Source of the DNA: Candidatus Thermosaccharophagus tengchongensis
GTDB lineage: Bacteria; Armatimonadota; Fervidibacteria; Fervidibacterales; Thermosaccharophagaceae
Assembly: GCA_032161105.1 (NCBI GenBank)
Contig: JAVHTD010000011.1
Reading direction: 5' to 3' (one strand)
Length of the DNA stretch: 64,000 bases
The notes under the pieces were generated by a model that did no database searches, was not told the origin of the DNA, and saw nothing but the letters and a program-made list of their open reading frames with translations. A program made the position numbers and the translations under genes. The first letter of the stretch is position 1. Every line of letters starts with the position of its first letter. Below, piece by piece: positions 21,501 to 30,959 of the stretch.

Positions 21501-21857
21501 GATCCACAATTCCAATGTGAATGCGCCAGTTGGCGAAAGGTCGGGGTGGTTCTTCACCACTGCTCCCTGTGGGCGGTCATTCTCACGGTCAGCCGGGAAG
21601 GTCTCCAAGCAGGAGCCAAAAAGCCCATCAGGCACTACGCGAGATTGCCCGCGCAATGTGATGTCATGACCATTACCCGAGTTGTCCTTCGTCTCATGTC
21701 CCGGGAGGAATTGCCACAGGGCAATGACATGCTTTCCCGTCGCATCATCGCCGGTATAAAGCCTTTGCCATGGCATCTCTTCGCCAGACAACGGTGATGA
21801 AAGCAATGCCACCGATGCCACCAAAGCCGCCATCCACATCTTGCCACAAAACCTCAC
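18582..21857 (-). CDS. Secreted LamG-like jellyroll + putative glycoside hydrolase + trimerisation-like domain protein
   Basis: Signal peptide. KDNSGNGH, FTLELWIKP, WVHIAFTY and FPGYIAQVRI (LamG) motifs. FRVLVMPFCDVL in the C-terminal part. Confidence 0.65.
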   Translation of the reverse strand: MRFCGKMWMAALVASVALLSSPLSGEEMPWQRLYTGDDATGKHVIALWQFLPGHETKDNSGNGHDITLRGQSRVVPDGLFGSCLETFPADRENDRPQGAVVKNHPDLSPTGAFTLELWIKPKPELNRSTNAFLLDKKYYPYPSDLPQANRDYCLYLRRTGEHRYRIVAYLGYGKDSAEYASDEVTLEPGKWVHIAFTYNGNGIGRIFLNGELVGRIVHDGRGSIMPGQYDLVIGDRYGSIHAGFPGYIAQVRICRGIVPYFAGTVLVDIAPHSRTAFVRMEKDAHVDIAIINDSEATLDKGFVRVHLQGRERQFALPNLPPNKAHILSVSVDTTLRPDRYPLRIVAEVKSGGRTRRSKKEFPIAIVPRPLPNIMPVVMWGTGDLPRIKEIGFTHQLVHLVDYRRIWDAGQPTEALAPNEVRERMRMLDEYLVEGIGAVVYLYPGRWVLQVPELRAKYQRINRDGKPYEREDICPNFPEMRAFAFNVGASVARTFGHHPALQAALIHSEVRDNTNLCFHEHDRQAFRNFAGYEVPDAVTSKWGVRYENVAGISPQRVVPDDHPILTFYRWFWKDGDGWNALHSEVHRGLKSTGRKDIWTFFDPAVRVPSIWGSGGVVDVISQWTYSYPDPIKIGQATDELFAMAEGRHGQRVMKMTQIIWYRSQTAPELPEDESKRAHWEKAIPDARFITIAPDHLREAFWTKISRPVQGIMYHGWGSLVEVPGGSYRYTNPKTKEVLAELIRDVVRPLGPTLLQVPDRKSDIAILESFTSQMFAGRGTYGWSHRWEADMHLILQWAHLQPKIVYEETILRDGLNGFRVLVMPFCDVLPESIVSRVAEFQRQGGLIIADEHLTPALKPDILIRSYQRTGKADEDKAALQAIAAELRKQLDARYQRYADSSEMDAIVRVRSYRNADYLFVINDRRTFGDYVGHHGRVMEKGLPLKATVFVRRPPCAVYDMVRHCAIPVRKEANGLAFDVELGPGDGRVFLLTDHPIAAVRLQAPRRAKRGESVAVKVMVMDDKGRPVEAIVPLRVDIVDANGQPAEFSGFYGAKDGVMSLTIDLAQNDALGNWLIRAQELCSLRSDEVKLEVR

Positions 21858-21885
21858 ACCACATCACCCCCTTGAGGGCGGTTCA

Positions 21886-22794
21886 TCAAGCCTCATACGG
21901 TATTGCGAGGCGTTCAAGCAAGGCGATAAGTTTCTCCCTTGATGCCCTCACCGCCTCATCCAAGTTCGGTATCCTTCCTATGTCCAATGCGACCATGCCT
22001 TTAAAAGAGTGCTTCTTTAAGGCGACGAACACGCCCTCAAAGTCAATCGTGCCCTTGCCCAGCTCAAGATGCTCATTTGTCTTCCCGTCGTTGTCCGAGA
22101 GGTGGACATAGAAAATTCTCCTGCCGAGCTTTTCAACCGACAGCGGCAGTATTTCCTTTTGAGCGTGCAAGTGACCCGTGTCAAGCACGAAGCCGAGGTT
22201 ATCATGCCCAACATGGTCAAACAAACGCAGCGCTGCATCCGTGTTGCTGATCATTTCGCCAACCCTCGGCTCAAGGCAAAACTTGAGATTGGCATCCTGC
22301 GCCGTTTGCGCAAGCCTGCGAAATGTATCAACGAGCACATCCCATTGCCTCTCCCACGAGAACTTAGGGTCAACCTTGACTTTGAACTGTATCCCAAAAT
22401 CAACCATCTGCTTGTATGGTGCTGGACCTTCAAACTCAATCGGTGGCGTGAATGAGTCGGTCTGGATCGTGCTGCACCCGAAATAGTTGGCGAGCTCACA
22501 CGCCATCTCAAACAGCGATATTGCGTGCATTCGCCTTTGCTCATCCAAGCTCACAACATCGCTCAGCACCGGGCAGAAGTTCTCAACTGACAGCTCCAAA
22601 TCATCGCACAGCGCCTTGAGCTCATGCCTGCGGTTGTAAATTTCGCGCAAGTTATCCTCGCCAACCCCCTCAAGCTCAACATATTTGAAGCCCAATGCCT
22701 TCATATCCCGCAATGCCTGCATTGTGTCATTGAATGATGGCGGATAGCCATATTTGCTGATCGCATATAGCCAACAGCATCCCACCTTCACCAT
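21886..22794 (-). CDS. Sugar phosphate isomerase/epimerase (xylose isomerase-like TIM barrel)
   Basis: GFKYVEL, FCLEP, LDTGHL and HLSDNDG...HLELGKGTIDF motifs. Confidence 0.85.
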   Translation of the reverse strand: MVKVGCCWLYAISKYGYPPSFNDTMQALRDMKALGFKYVELEGVGEDNLREIYNRRHELKALCDDLELSVENFCPVLSDVVSLDEQRRMHAISLFEMACELANYFGCSTIQTDSFTPPIEFEGPAPYKQMVDFGIQFKVKVDPKFSWERQWDVLVDTFRRLAQTAQDANLKFCLEPRVGEMISNTDAALRLFDHVGHDNLGFVLDTGHLHAQKEILPLSVEKLGRRIFYVHLSDNDGKTNEHLELGKGTIDFEGVFVALKKHSFKGMVALDIGRIPNLDEAVRASREKLIALLERLAIPYEA

Positions 22795-22959
22795 TCCCTT
22801 TCACCTCCAATGGAACCCAATTGCACTAATGGCAGCGCCACTATCATGTTGGCGCATTGTGTTGTCGCTCAGACAATGTGTGCAATATAATCTTCCATGC
22901 ATGCTGCATTGTAAGTTAGCGATGCAAAGCTCACCTCAGGAGGAGTGGAGGTGGTCAGC

Positions 22960-24000
22960 ATGAGGGCGAAGTTGAGTTTTGGCATCGTGATGATGGTTTT
23001 CACTTCTTTCATGACGCTGCCGAATGCGCTGGCACAGGTCAAAGTGACGAAGGTTAACTACCACGGTTGGAAAAACACATATAAGCTCACAAACGGCGCC
23101 ATTGAAGTCTATGTCACAACCGATGTTGGTCCGAGAATAATAGACATGCGCCCGGTTGGCGGAAACAACATCTTTTATGTGCGCAAGGACGAGGTCGGAA
23201 GGAGTGGGGAAAAGGAATTCAAGCTCCGTGGCGGATGGCGCTTGTGGCTTGCGCCAGAGGTGTTTGAGATAACATGGTTCCCCGACAATGTGCCATGCAA
23301 GGTTGAGCAATTGAAGGATGGCACAATGCGCTTCATAGGTCCGAGTGAGCCAAAGAGCGGCATCCAAAAGGTCATTGATGTATCGCTTGACGGTAAGCTA
23401 CCGCGTGTCAGGGTCGTTGCGAGGTTGCGCAATGTCTCAAGGAAGCCAGTCACATACTCAGCATGGAGCATGCCCGTGATGCGTCCCGGCGGTAAAGCAA
23501 TCGCTCCACTTGATGTGGGTAACTTGGATGCATTCGCTGAGGTGCGCCGAATCATACTTTGGAGCTATGCCAACCCAACGGATCAGCGCTTCACATTCTT
23601 AAACAAGCTCGTCATCGTTGACCACGCCAAGGTGCCGAAGCGCGAGAAACTCATCGGTAAAGTGCGCCGACACAATGACGAGGCGAAGATAGGCGTGGAT
23701 ACAAAACAGGGTTGGGTGGCGTATTACCATCCGGTGGAGCGAACCCTTTTCATCAAGCGCTTCCCATACAACCCAAAGGGCACATATCCAGATGGTGGGT
23801 GCACCATTGAGATTTACTCATGCTATGAGTTCATTGAGGTTGAATGCCTAAGCGAACTTGCCACAATCCCTCCCGGAGGCGAATTTACCTTCCCAGTTGA
23901 CATGTGGGTCTTCACGAATGTGCCAGACTTGGGCAAGACGGAGCACGAGATTGCCACGACTATAAGGGCATATCTGAACAGGACGCAACAGCCAAAGTGA
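22960..24000 (+). CDS. Secreted beta-sandwich protein (DUF4380/galactose-mutarotase-like)
   Basis: Signal peptide. YHGWKNTYKLTNG, TTDVGPRII, GGWRLWLAPE and YPDGGCTIEIY...EVECLS motifs. Confidence 0.6.
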   Translation: MRAKLSFGIVMMVFTSFMTLPNALAQVKVTKVNYHGWKNTYKLTNGAIEVYVTTDVGPRIIDMRPVGGNNIFYVRKDEVGRSGEKEFKLRGGWRLWLAPEVFEITWFPDNVPCKVEQLKDGTMRFIGPSEPKSGIQKVIDVSLDGKLPRVRVVARLRNVSRKPVTYSAWSMPVMRPGGKAIAPLDVGNLDAFAEVRRIILWSYANPTDQRFTFLNKLVIVDHAKVPKREKLIGKVRRHNDEAKIGVDTKQGWVAYYHPVERTLFIKRFPYNPKGTYPDGGCTIEIYSCYEFIEVECLSELATIPPGGEFTFPVDMWVFTNVPDLGKTEHEIATTIRAYLNRTQQPK

Positions 24001-24094
24001 TGGGCAAACTGAGCTTTCAGGTGCAGCGCACCAAGCCTGCGATTTGGTGCAACAAAAATGCCAACCCGATAGAACTGATGGAGGTGAGGTTGGG

Positions 24095-24739
24095 ATGGCG
24101 TGGATAAAGTATGCCATGCGCGCTGCAACGGCTATTGCACTTTGCCTTGCTATGGTATGCGTCGGAGCACAAACCAAACAGGCGCCGAGGGATGAAGAGG
24201 GCTTTGTGCCGCTGTTCAATGGGAAGGATTTGAGCGGCTGGCATGTGATGGGAACACCATCATGGGAAGTTAAAGACGGCGTGCTCATCTGCCATGGGAA
24301 AGGCGGTGGATGGCTGCGCACTGAGAGGGAATATGAGAACTTCATCCTGCGCCTTGAATACAGGATAAGCAAGGGAGGAAATAGCGGCATATTCATTCGG
24401 ACAAGCCTCACGGGGCGACAATCGCAAACTGGGATGGAAGTGCAAATACTTGACTCATACGGAAGGAAGCCAACGGCAACGACAGCCGGCGCAATTTACG
24501 GCGCTGTTGCCCCAACCAAAGAGGCATCAAAGCCAGCGGGAGAATGGAATGAGGTTGAAATAACTTGCGATGGACCAAAGGTCACCGTCGTCCTCAACGG
24601 CGAGAAAATCATTGATGTTAACATGGATGAACATCCGCAGCTTAAAAGCAGGCTTCGCAAGGGCTACATCGGGCTGCAAAATCATGGCTCATATGTTGAG
24701 TTCCGAAACATACGCATCAAAGAACTGCCAAGCAAGTGA
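24095..24739 (+). CDS. DUF1080 / 3-keto-disaccharide hydrolase family protein
   Basis: GFVPLFNGKDLSGW, GNSGIF, EVQILD, GAIYG, GEWN and GYIGLQNHG..VEFRNIRIKEL motifs. Confidence 0.9.
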   Translation: MAWIKYAMRAATAIALCLAMVCVGAQTKQAPRDEEGFVPLFNGKDLSGWHVMGTPSWEVKDGVLICHGKGGGWLRTEREYENFILRLEYRISKGGNSGIFIRTSLTGRQSQTGMEVQILDSYGRKPTATTAGAIYGAVAPTKEASKPAGEWNEVEITCDGPKVTVVLNGEKIIDVNMDEHPQLKSRLRKGYIGLQNHGSYVEFRNIRIKELPSK

Positions 24740-24818
24740 CAACCCTCACTAACCATTTCACGAATGCACAACTCCACTTGTGGGGACATTCATTTACACA
24801 TTGCACGAGCCGATGAAA

Positions 24819-25113
24819 GCCGGGGCACGGCAACCGCCGTGCCCCGGCAAAGGCGCAAACACTCCTCAACACCGTTAAGGTTATGGGCAGCCCGCGCCAC
24901 TTTGCCACGGCGTCATTACTGACCGACCATAGTTCACACAAGTTGTCGTCATGCGCTCAAGTTGATCCCAAGTGATTTGGTTCAACCTGTGCGCCTTAAC
25001 ATGTCCATCCGCAAAATGGTTGGCTTTATGACCAACCGATTTCGGCACGCCAAAGGCGTGCCTCCCAAAAACGAATTTGTCACATCATTGGAGGGCGAGG
25101 CTACCGCCGAGCC
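24819..25113. repeat. Cluster of REP-like palindromes between convergent genes
   Basis: GCCGGGGCACGGC-aacc-GCCGTGCCCCGGC (24819-24848, perfect 13-bp stem). GGCACGCC-aaa-GGCGTGCC (25044-25062). GGAG-GGCGAGGC-tacc-GCCGAGCC (25090-25113). Confidence 0.6.
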
Positions 25114-25173
25114 GATTACCGATTGCGGCTTATCGGCGTCCCCGGCAACACGCCGTCCGAAATTGTTTCCCTT

Positions 25174-26160
25174 TCACGATACAGCGCTCCAGTCAAGGAT
25201 GATCCCGACGAACTTCTCTGGATGATTTAGGATCATCTCGTATGCCTTCGGGGCATCAGTTGCAGGAAGACAATGTGTTATGAGTGGCAGTAACTTAAGT
25301 TCGCCGCGCCTGCACAAACGCAATGAACGAACTTGGTCTTCCAATGTGTGACTGCATGGGAAATATGCAGTGAGCCATTTTGCGTGCGCCCTGTGGAAGT
25401 GTATTGGGATGAACCCCGGATACCAACCTTGAAAGCAAACCCTTCCTCTCACACGGATGAGCTCAATGCACAAGTCAGCAAGCTCCGCTACGCCGCTCGT
25501 CTCAATGACCAAGTCAGCCCCATCCGGCTTGAGCTGACGAACAACATCAACCAAATTTTCCTCATCCACATTGACGGCTCTATCCGACGAATACTCAGCT
25601 GACAGCCTCACCCGCAATGGCAGCTTATCAGCCGTCACAACGAAGCATCCCAAGCGCCTGCAAAGCTGCGCCGAACACTGCCCTATCATGCCCTGTCCAA
25701 TTACAACTACAAACTCGCCTCGCTTCGGTTTTGCCATGCCAATTCCCATGAAGCTAACGGCAGGCAGCGCCGACACCGCAGCCTCACGCAAGTCGCAACC
25801 CTTTGGGATTTTGAAGACATGGTCGCTTTCATCGCACACGGCAAATGCCAAATGGCTGCCCATCCACGAGCGCCCATACGGCTCGGGCAACCTGCTCCTT
25901 CGGAAGAAGACGGTGTCGCCAACTTTAAATCGTTTCACCTGATTGCCAACTTCAATGACGGTGCCGACACCTTGATAACCGGGCACACTCGGGAAGAACC
26001 CCTCAGGGCGCTTTCCGATGAGCCACCAACGCTCTGTGCCAACGCTCAAGCCGGAATAAAGTGTCCTGATCAATATGCTCGTTGGCGTCATCTCCAAAAG
26101 TTCAACCTCTCCGAGCTCAATCTTGTATGGGGCTGTAAATATGACAGCCTGTGACTTCAC
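25174..26160 (-). CDS. MDR-family (zinc-binding ADH-like) oxidoreductase
   Basis: YSGLSVGTE, VPGYQGVG, VIGQGMIG, DLVIETSG and LITH motifs. GTG start with a GGAGGTG RBS. Confidence 0.85.
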   Translation of the reverse strand: MKSQAVIFTAPYKIELGEVELLEMTPTSILIRTLYSGLSVGTERWWLIGKRPEGFFPSVPGYQGVGTVIEVGNQVKRFKVGDTVFFRRSRLPEPYGRSWMGSHLAFAVCDESDHVFKIPKGCDLREAAVSALPAVSFMGIGMAKPKRGEFVVVIGQGMIGQCSAQLCRRLGCFVVTADKLPLRVRLSAEYSSDRAVNVDEENLVDVVRQLKPDGADLVIETSGVAELADLCIELIRVRGRVCFQGWYPGFIPIHFHRAHAKWLTAYFPCSHTLEDQVRSLRLCRRGELKLLPLITHCLPATDAPKAYEMILNHPEKFVGIILDWSAVS

Positions 26161-26334
26161 GGCACTGCACCTCCATTCCAACGGTGAGGAACTTACAGCT
26201 AAAGCCAATAGCATCGGCTACATTGTGCAAGGTGCAAAAGGGCAATACGACCTGAGCTGCTAATGTGGTGTGATATCTTATGAAGGTGCTGATATGCGAT
26301 ACTTTAGCATAACTCACGCGGTGGTGGCATAGCT

Positions 26335-26937
26335 TTGAGCAAAAAGCGTCACGGCAGGCTGTTTGTAGTGAGCGGACCTTCGGGTGTCGGCAAAGGGACT
26401 TTGCTCAAACTCGTTCTACCGACATTGCCGAATGTGCTCTATTCAGTTTCGGTGACGACACGCCCAAAGCGCCATGGGGAAGTTGATGGCAGAGATTACT
26501 TCTTCGTCACAGAGGAACAATTTAAGCGCATGGTTGAGGACGGCGAGTTCCTTGAGTGGGCGCATGTTCATGGTCACATGTATGGGACGCCAAGGAGGTG
26601 GGTTGAAGAGAAGCTCGCCAGCGGATTTGATATTGTCCTTGAAATTGATGTCCAAGGCGCAATGCAAGTCAGAGAAAAGTGTAAGGATGCCATCCTCATC
26701 TTCATCCTGCCGCCATCAATGGAGGAACTGCGAAGGCGCATTACAAAGCGCGGATTGGATGCGCCGGAAGAAATTGAGAGGCGCATGAGCAAAGCCGAAT
26801 GGGAGATGAAATTCAAGGACAGGTTTGACTTCCAAATCATCAATGATGACCTAAACGAGGCGGCAAAGGAGTTGCGCAGGATACTCCTCGGAGAAGCGAC
26901 AGTGGAAGGGGAACAGTGTGGGCAAGTTAACCAATAG
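26335..26937 (+). CDS. gmk: Guanylate kinase
   Basis: VSGPSGVGKGT, SVTTRPKR.GEVDGRDYFF, YGT and LEIDVQGA motifs. Confidence 0.97.
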   Translation: MSKKRHGRLFVVSGPSGVGKGTLLKLVLPTLPNVLYSVSVTTRPKRHGEVDGRDYFFVTEEQFKRMVEDGEFLEWAHVHGHMYGTPRRWVEEKLASGFDIVLEIDVQGAMQVREKCKDAILIFILPPSMEELRRRITKRGLDAPEEIERRMSKAEWEMKFKDRFDFQIINDDLNEAAKELRRILLGEATVEGEQCGQVNQ

Positions 26938-26992
26938 CGAACTCTGCGCAGACGGCGAATCAAACTCCATCTGACTATAAGGGTGATTAAGG

Positions 26993-28864
26993 ATGCGCCA
27001 CATCATCACTGCTGCAAGTTGTGCCCTCATTTGGAATCTCCTTTGCGCTGCAACGCTGGTAGTTGACCAACATCATCCAAATGCATCCGATGATAACCCG
27101 GGGACTGACGAACGCCCGCTGAAGACGATTGGAAAGGCTGCGCAAATTGCGAGGGCTGGCGATACCGTCATTATCAAAGGCGGTATATATCGTGAGTCTG
27201 TCAGGCTACATAATGACGGCGAGGAAGGAGCCCCAATTGTATTTCAGGCACACCCGCCCGGCTCCGTCGTCATCAGCGGCGCAGATGTGATCAAGGGTTG
27301 GCAACGCGTTGAGGGCAACGAGCCGATCTATCGCATACCTTGGGAGCGGAAGTTCATCATCAACTGGCGCAAGGATGGAACACCAGTTGAGCATCATCCT
27401 GAGGATGCGCCACTCTGGGGAAGAGCTGAACTCGTCGTAGTTAATGGCAGGGTGGCATTACCATCACCTGACATTGAAAGCCTGCGCGAGGCATGGCGCA
27501 AACACCAAGATGATCTTCGTTCGGGGAAAGCATCATCGGTCTTAAAGCCGCCGACAAAGGGCATCAACATTGAGTTTGCGGGCATGTTCTCCGTTGATGG
27601 GAAGGCGAAGGCGTTATACCTTTGGCTTGCAGATGGCTCAAATCCGAATGAGCGTCAAGTTGAGGTTTCAACGCGCTCGGAGTTATTCGGGACAAACCCT
27701 TGGGCAAACCCTAAGGGGCATAAGCATATACATGTGCGCGGCATCGTCTTTCGGCATGCAGCGACATTCCCGCAACGCGCCGCAGTCTGGCTGCATGGTG
27801 AAGATAACTTGGTTGAGGATTGCATAGTTGAGGGGATGTCGGGCGGTGGCATCCTCGTCCACGGAACGATGCGAAGGTGCATTATAAGACGATGTGGGCA
27901 CACGGGCGGTGGAGCCTCCGGTAGGGGTTTCCTCAACGAGGATTGCCTTTGGGAGGAGAATTGCTGGAAGCCAATCAACAGGGGATGGGATGCAGGCGGT
28001 TTCAAGCTCGCTTTGGCTAATGGCGGTGTTTTCCGAGGGTGTGTCTTCCGCAGGAACGGCGGGCCGGGATTGTGGCTGGATATACATGTGCGAAATGTCA
28101 TCATCACTGAGTGCGTCTTCTTGGAGAATGAAAAGAGCGGGCTGTTCATTGAGATAAGCCGTGACATAGCGGTGGTGCGAAATTTATTCCTGCGCAATGC
28201 AATAGGAGCCATTTGGGAAGTGACTTTTCCAGATTGGAGTGCAGCCGGCATACAGATTGCTGAAAGCCAAAACTGCATCATCGCATTCAACACATGCGTT
28301 GGAAACAAGGATGGAATAGCGCTGCGTGAGCAAGGACCAAGGAGGCTTTTAACCGATGACCTCGGTGAAGTGGCATACCACAACAGCGGAAATATCATAG
28401 TTGGCAATTTGTGCGCCTTCAATCGCGGCTACCAACTCGCCCTCTGGTATGACAATCCATTCTTCGGATGGCATCCGGCTGAGAGAGGGAAGTTTGGGAC
28501 ACAGGAGGCATTTGAAAAATTCATCAGAGAGAACCCACACCTTGTCTTTGACCCAACAAAGCAAGGCATGCTCATAGACCGCAATCTTTACTTCGCTGCA
28601 GATGGGCAAAAGCTCATACTATACGGCGCCCCTTGGAGACCAAGGCATCGCGTGTTTGATGACCTTAAGGCATTCGCTGATGCAACCGGATTTGACGCTC
28701 ACAGCGAATTTGCCGACCCGAAGTTCGCGGATGCCCCAAAGGACAATTACCAAGTTGGGAGCGACAGTGTGGCATTCAAAATGCAAGTTGGTTGGTTGCG
28801 CCCACCGACAAGCATTGAGGGGATGCTCAGAGAGAGATTCAAAGCCATATGGAAGTCTCGCTGA
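26993..28864 (+). CDS. Secreted right-handed parallel beta-helix protein (DUF1565-type N-terminus; polysaccharide lyase-like fold)
   Basis: ASDDNPGTDERPLKTIGKAA..AGDTVIIKGGIYRE and NGGPGLWLD...GLFIEIS motifs. Confidence 0.8.
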   Translation: MRHIITAASCALIWNLLCAATLVVDQHHPNASDDNPGTDERPLKTIGKAAQIARAGDTVIIKGGIYRESVRLHNDGEEGAPIVFQAHPPGSVVISGADVIKGWQRVEGNEPIYRIPWERKFIINWRKDGTPVEHHPEDAPLWGRAELVVVNGRVALPSPDIESLREAWRKHQDDLRSGKASSVLKPPTKGINIEFAGMFSVDGKAKALYLWLADGSNPNERQVEVSTRSELFGTNPWANPKGHKHIHVRGIVFRHAATFPQRAAVWLHGEDNLVEDCIVEGMSGGGILVHGTMRRCIIRRCGHTGGGASGRGFLNEDCLWEENCWKPINRGWDAGGFKLALANGGVFRGCVFRRNGGPGLWLDIHVRNVIITECVFLENEKSGLFIEISRDIAVVRNLFLRNAIGAIWEVTFPDWSAAGIQIAESQNCIIAFNTCVGNKDGIALREQGPRRLLTDDLGEVAYHNSGNIIVGNLCAFNRGYQLALWYDNPFFGWHPAERGKFGTQEAFEKFIRENPHLVFDPTKQGMLIDRNLYFAADGQKLILYGAPWRPRHRVFDDLKAFADATGFDAHSEFADPKFADAPKDNYQVGSDSVAFKMQVGWLRPPTSIEGMLRERFKAIWKSR

Positions 28865-28878
28865 GCAGCTTTAACCCA

Positions 28879-30147
28879 TCAACCTTCAGAGCTGTGCGGA
28901 CCAGATGACGAGAGCAGGCGTATGAACTCATGGGTGCTATTCAGCCCCACAACTTGCTTTGTTGCGTAGAGTTGCCTTAAAAGCCTTGTTGCCTCACCAT
29001 TAGTGAAGTCCCTTTCGTGAAACTTCTCCGGGCGCATGATGAATATGCGCCCAACTGCCGCATCAAGGACGGCTTGCAAGTTGGGCAGGTTGCCAAACCC
29101 AAATGGCACATCAGTTATTAGCACGATCTCGGAGCGTGATATCGCTTCGCATGTCTCTCTGTATGCCCTTTCCGAGATGGGCATGAATGGCGCTTCCTCA
29201 ATTACCATTGCCCCAATTGCCCTTGCTGCCTCCCAATCGGAATCGCCCCTGTTCAATGCGCCAACGGATATGGTGCATCCGCTGCGTGAGAGCAGTGAAA
29301 GTATTTCCCCCGCACTGCCACCACCGCAAATGATGTGGATGCGAAGGTGCGGCTTCAAAATCACCCTGCGCTCAAGCAGCGTGACCGACGGCTTGCCAGT
29401 TATCGGATGGCGTGAAACTACAACTGGTGCACCATAAGCCTCTTGGATGTTGCGCTGCGTTATCACCTCCTCAGGTGTTCCGAGGGCATGAATTCGCCCG
29501 CTTGAGTTCATCAGGATGAGCTTATCGGCAATGAGCGAAGCCAAGTTTAGGTCATGTAAAACGGTTATGACGGTTGTGCCGTGTTCGGCATTCAAGCGCC
29601 TTATCAGCTCAACGACCTCAAGTTGGTATTTCAGGTCCAAGTTGGCTGTTGGCTCATCAAGCAGCAGTATGCGCGGACGCTGTGCGAGCGCCCTCGCTAT
29701 CATCACGCGTTTCCTTTCGCCACCGCTCAATTCGGTTATCACCCTCATGGCGAGATACCCTGTTTCAGTTTGAGCCATTGCATCTTCAATGGCTCTAAGG
29801 TCATCTTTGGTTAAGCCGCTCCAAGGTGAGCAGTATGCAGTTCTGCCCATCGCTATGACATCAAAAACTGTGAGGGCAAACAGCGGGACATCCTCCTGTG
29901 GGACAACGGCGATGCTGCGCGCAACCTCCCTAACGCTCATCCCCTGCAAATCCCGTTCATCAAGGAACACAGTCCCTTTAAGTGGCTTCAACAGGCGTGC
30001 AATTGTCCTTAGGAGTGTCGTCTTGCCGCTGCCGTTTGGTCCAATGATGCCGACGAGTTCACCCTCACCTATCTCAAGCGTGAAATCCTTTAGCACCGGC
30101 TCGCCATCGTATGCAACAGTTACTCCGTGTATCTTCAGCTTCGCCAT
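28879..30147 (-). CDS. Cobalamin/heme/siderophore-type ABC transporter ATPase with C-terminal extension
   Basis: GPNGSGKTT, LSGGERKR, LLLDEPT and VLHDLNLA motifs, then an extra HIICGGGS...LNRGDSD domain. Confidence 0.9.
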   Translation of the reverse strand: MAKLKIHGVTVAYDGEPVLKDFTLEIGEGELVGIIGPNGSGKTTLLRTIARLLKPLKGTVFLDERDLQGMSVREVARSIAVVPQEDVPLFALTVFDVIAMGRTAYCSPWSGLTKDDLRAIEDAMAQTETGYLAMRVITELSGGERKRVMIARALAQRPRILLLDEPTANLDLKYQLEVVELIRRLNAEHGTTVITVLHDLNLASLIADKLILMNSSGRIHALGTPEEVITQRNIQEAYGAPVVVSRHPITGKPSVTLLERRVILKPHLRIHIICGGGSAGEILSLLSRSGCTISVGALNRGDSDWEAARAIGAMVIEEAPFMPISERAYRETCEAISRSEIVLITDVPFGFGNLPNLQAVLDAAVGRIFIMRPEKFHERDFTNGEATRLLRQLYATKQVVGLNSTHEFIRLLSSSGPHSSEG

Positions 30148-30177
30148 GGCGGTGAGAATGAGTGGCTTATTCACCTT

Positions 30178-30918
30178 TCACCTCTCTTCGTTGCGCTGCT
30201 TGCGAGAATCACTACGCCGCCCACCTTGGTTGCGTTGAAACCGCTGTGAGCGCTGTGTTTGCCCGGGGCGCTCTTCAGGTCGTCTCCTTGGCTTCGGTCC
30301 GATGTCTGCCGGCGCTACCACCAGAACCCTGTTTGGCTCAGCACCCTCGCTGTAGGTTATGACATCGGGGTTATTCTGCAATGTGAGGTGGACGATGCGC
30401 CTTTCAGCAGCTGTCAGATTGTATAGCCTTATCCGACGCCTCTCAGCTTTGGCTCGCTCCATAGCCTCCAGCGCCATCTTCTTGACCTGTTCCCAACGCC
30501 TCTCCCTGTATCTATCGGCATCCACCCAGATCAAAACCGGTGAGTTGCATCGCTTGCGCACTATCTCACTCACAACGACTTGCATGGCATCAAGCGTCGC
30601 CCCATTGCGCCCTATTATGAGCCCGGCATCCGACCCGCTGATGTTGATGTAAAATGCGCCGTCCCTTTCCATCGGCTCTTCAACTACGACGCTTGCGCCC
30701 ATGCGCTCAACTATGTTCTTGACAACGCTTTTGAGTATCAAATCCGGCTTGAGCATGACCCTGACGCAAGCTTGCTGTGAGCCGATTATGCCAAGCACAC
30801 CTTTTGTGCCTTCCTCAACCACCTCAATCTCAACTTCGTCCCTCGTGGCGTTGAGCTCGCGCAGCGCAGTCTCAATTGCCTCTTCAACCGTTCTTCCGCG
30901 CTTCTCTACTGCCTTCAC
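30178..30918 (-). CDS. jag: Jag/EloR (KhpB) RNA-binding protein
   Basis: GRTVEEAI Jag_N, IIGRNGATLDA KH and ERRIVH...SEGAEPNR R3H motifs. Lies downstream of yidC. Confidence 0.93.
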   Translation of the reverse strand: MKAVEKRGRTVEEAIETALRELNATRDEVEIEVVEEGTKGVLGIIGSQQACVRVMLKPDLILKSVVKNIVERMGASVVVEEPMERDGAFYINISGSDAGLIIGRNGATLDAMQVVVSEIVRKRCNSPVLIWVDADRYRERRWEQVKKMALEAMERAKAERRRIRLYNLTAAERRIVHLTLQNNPDVITYSEGAEPNRVLVVAPADIGPKPRRRPEERPGQTQRSQRFQRNQGGRRSDSRKQRNEER

Positions 30919-30959
30919 GCCCAAGACCCCCCTGTGAAATGGCATTTAACAGCCCTTCA

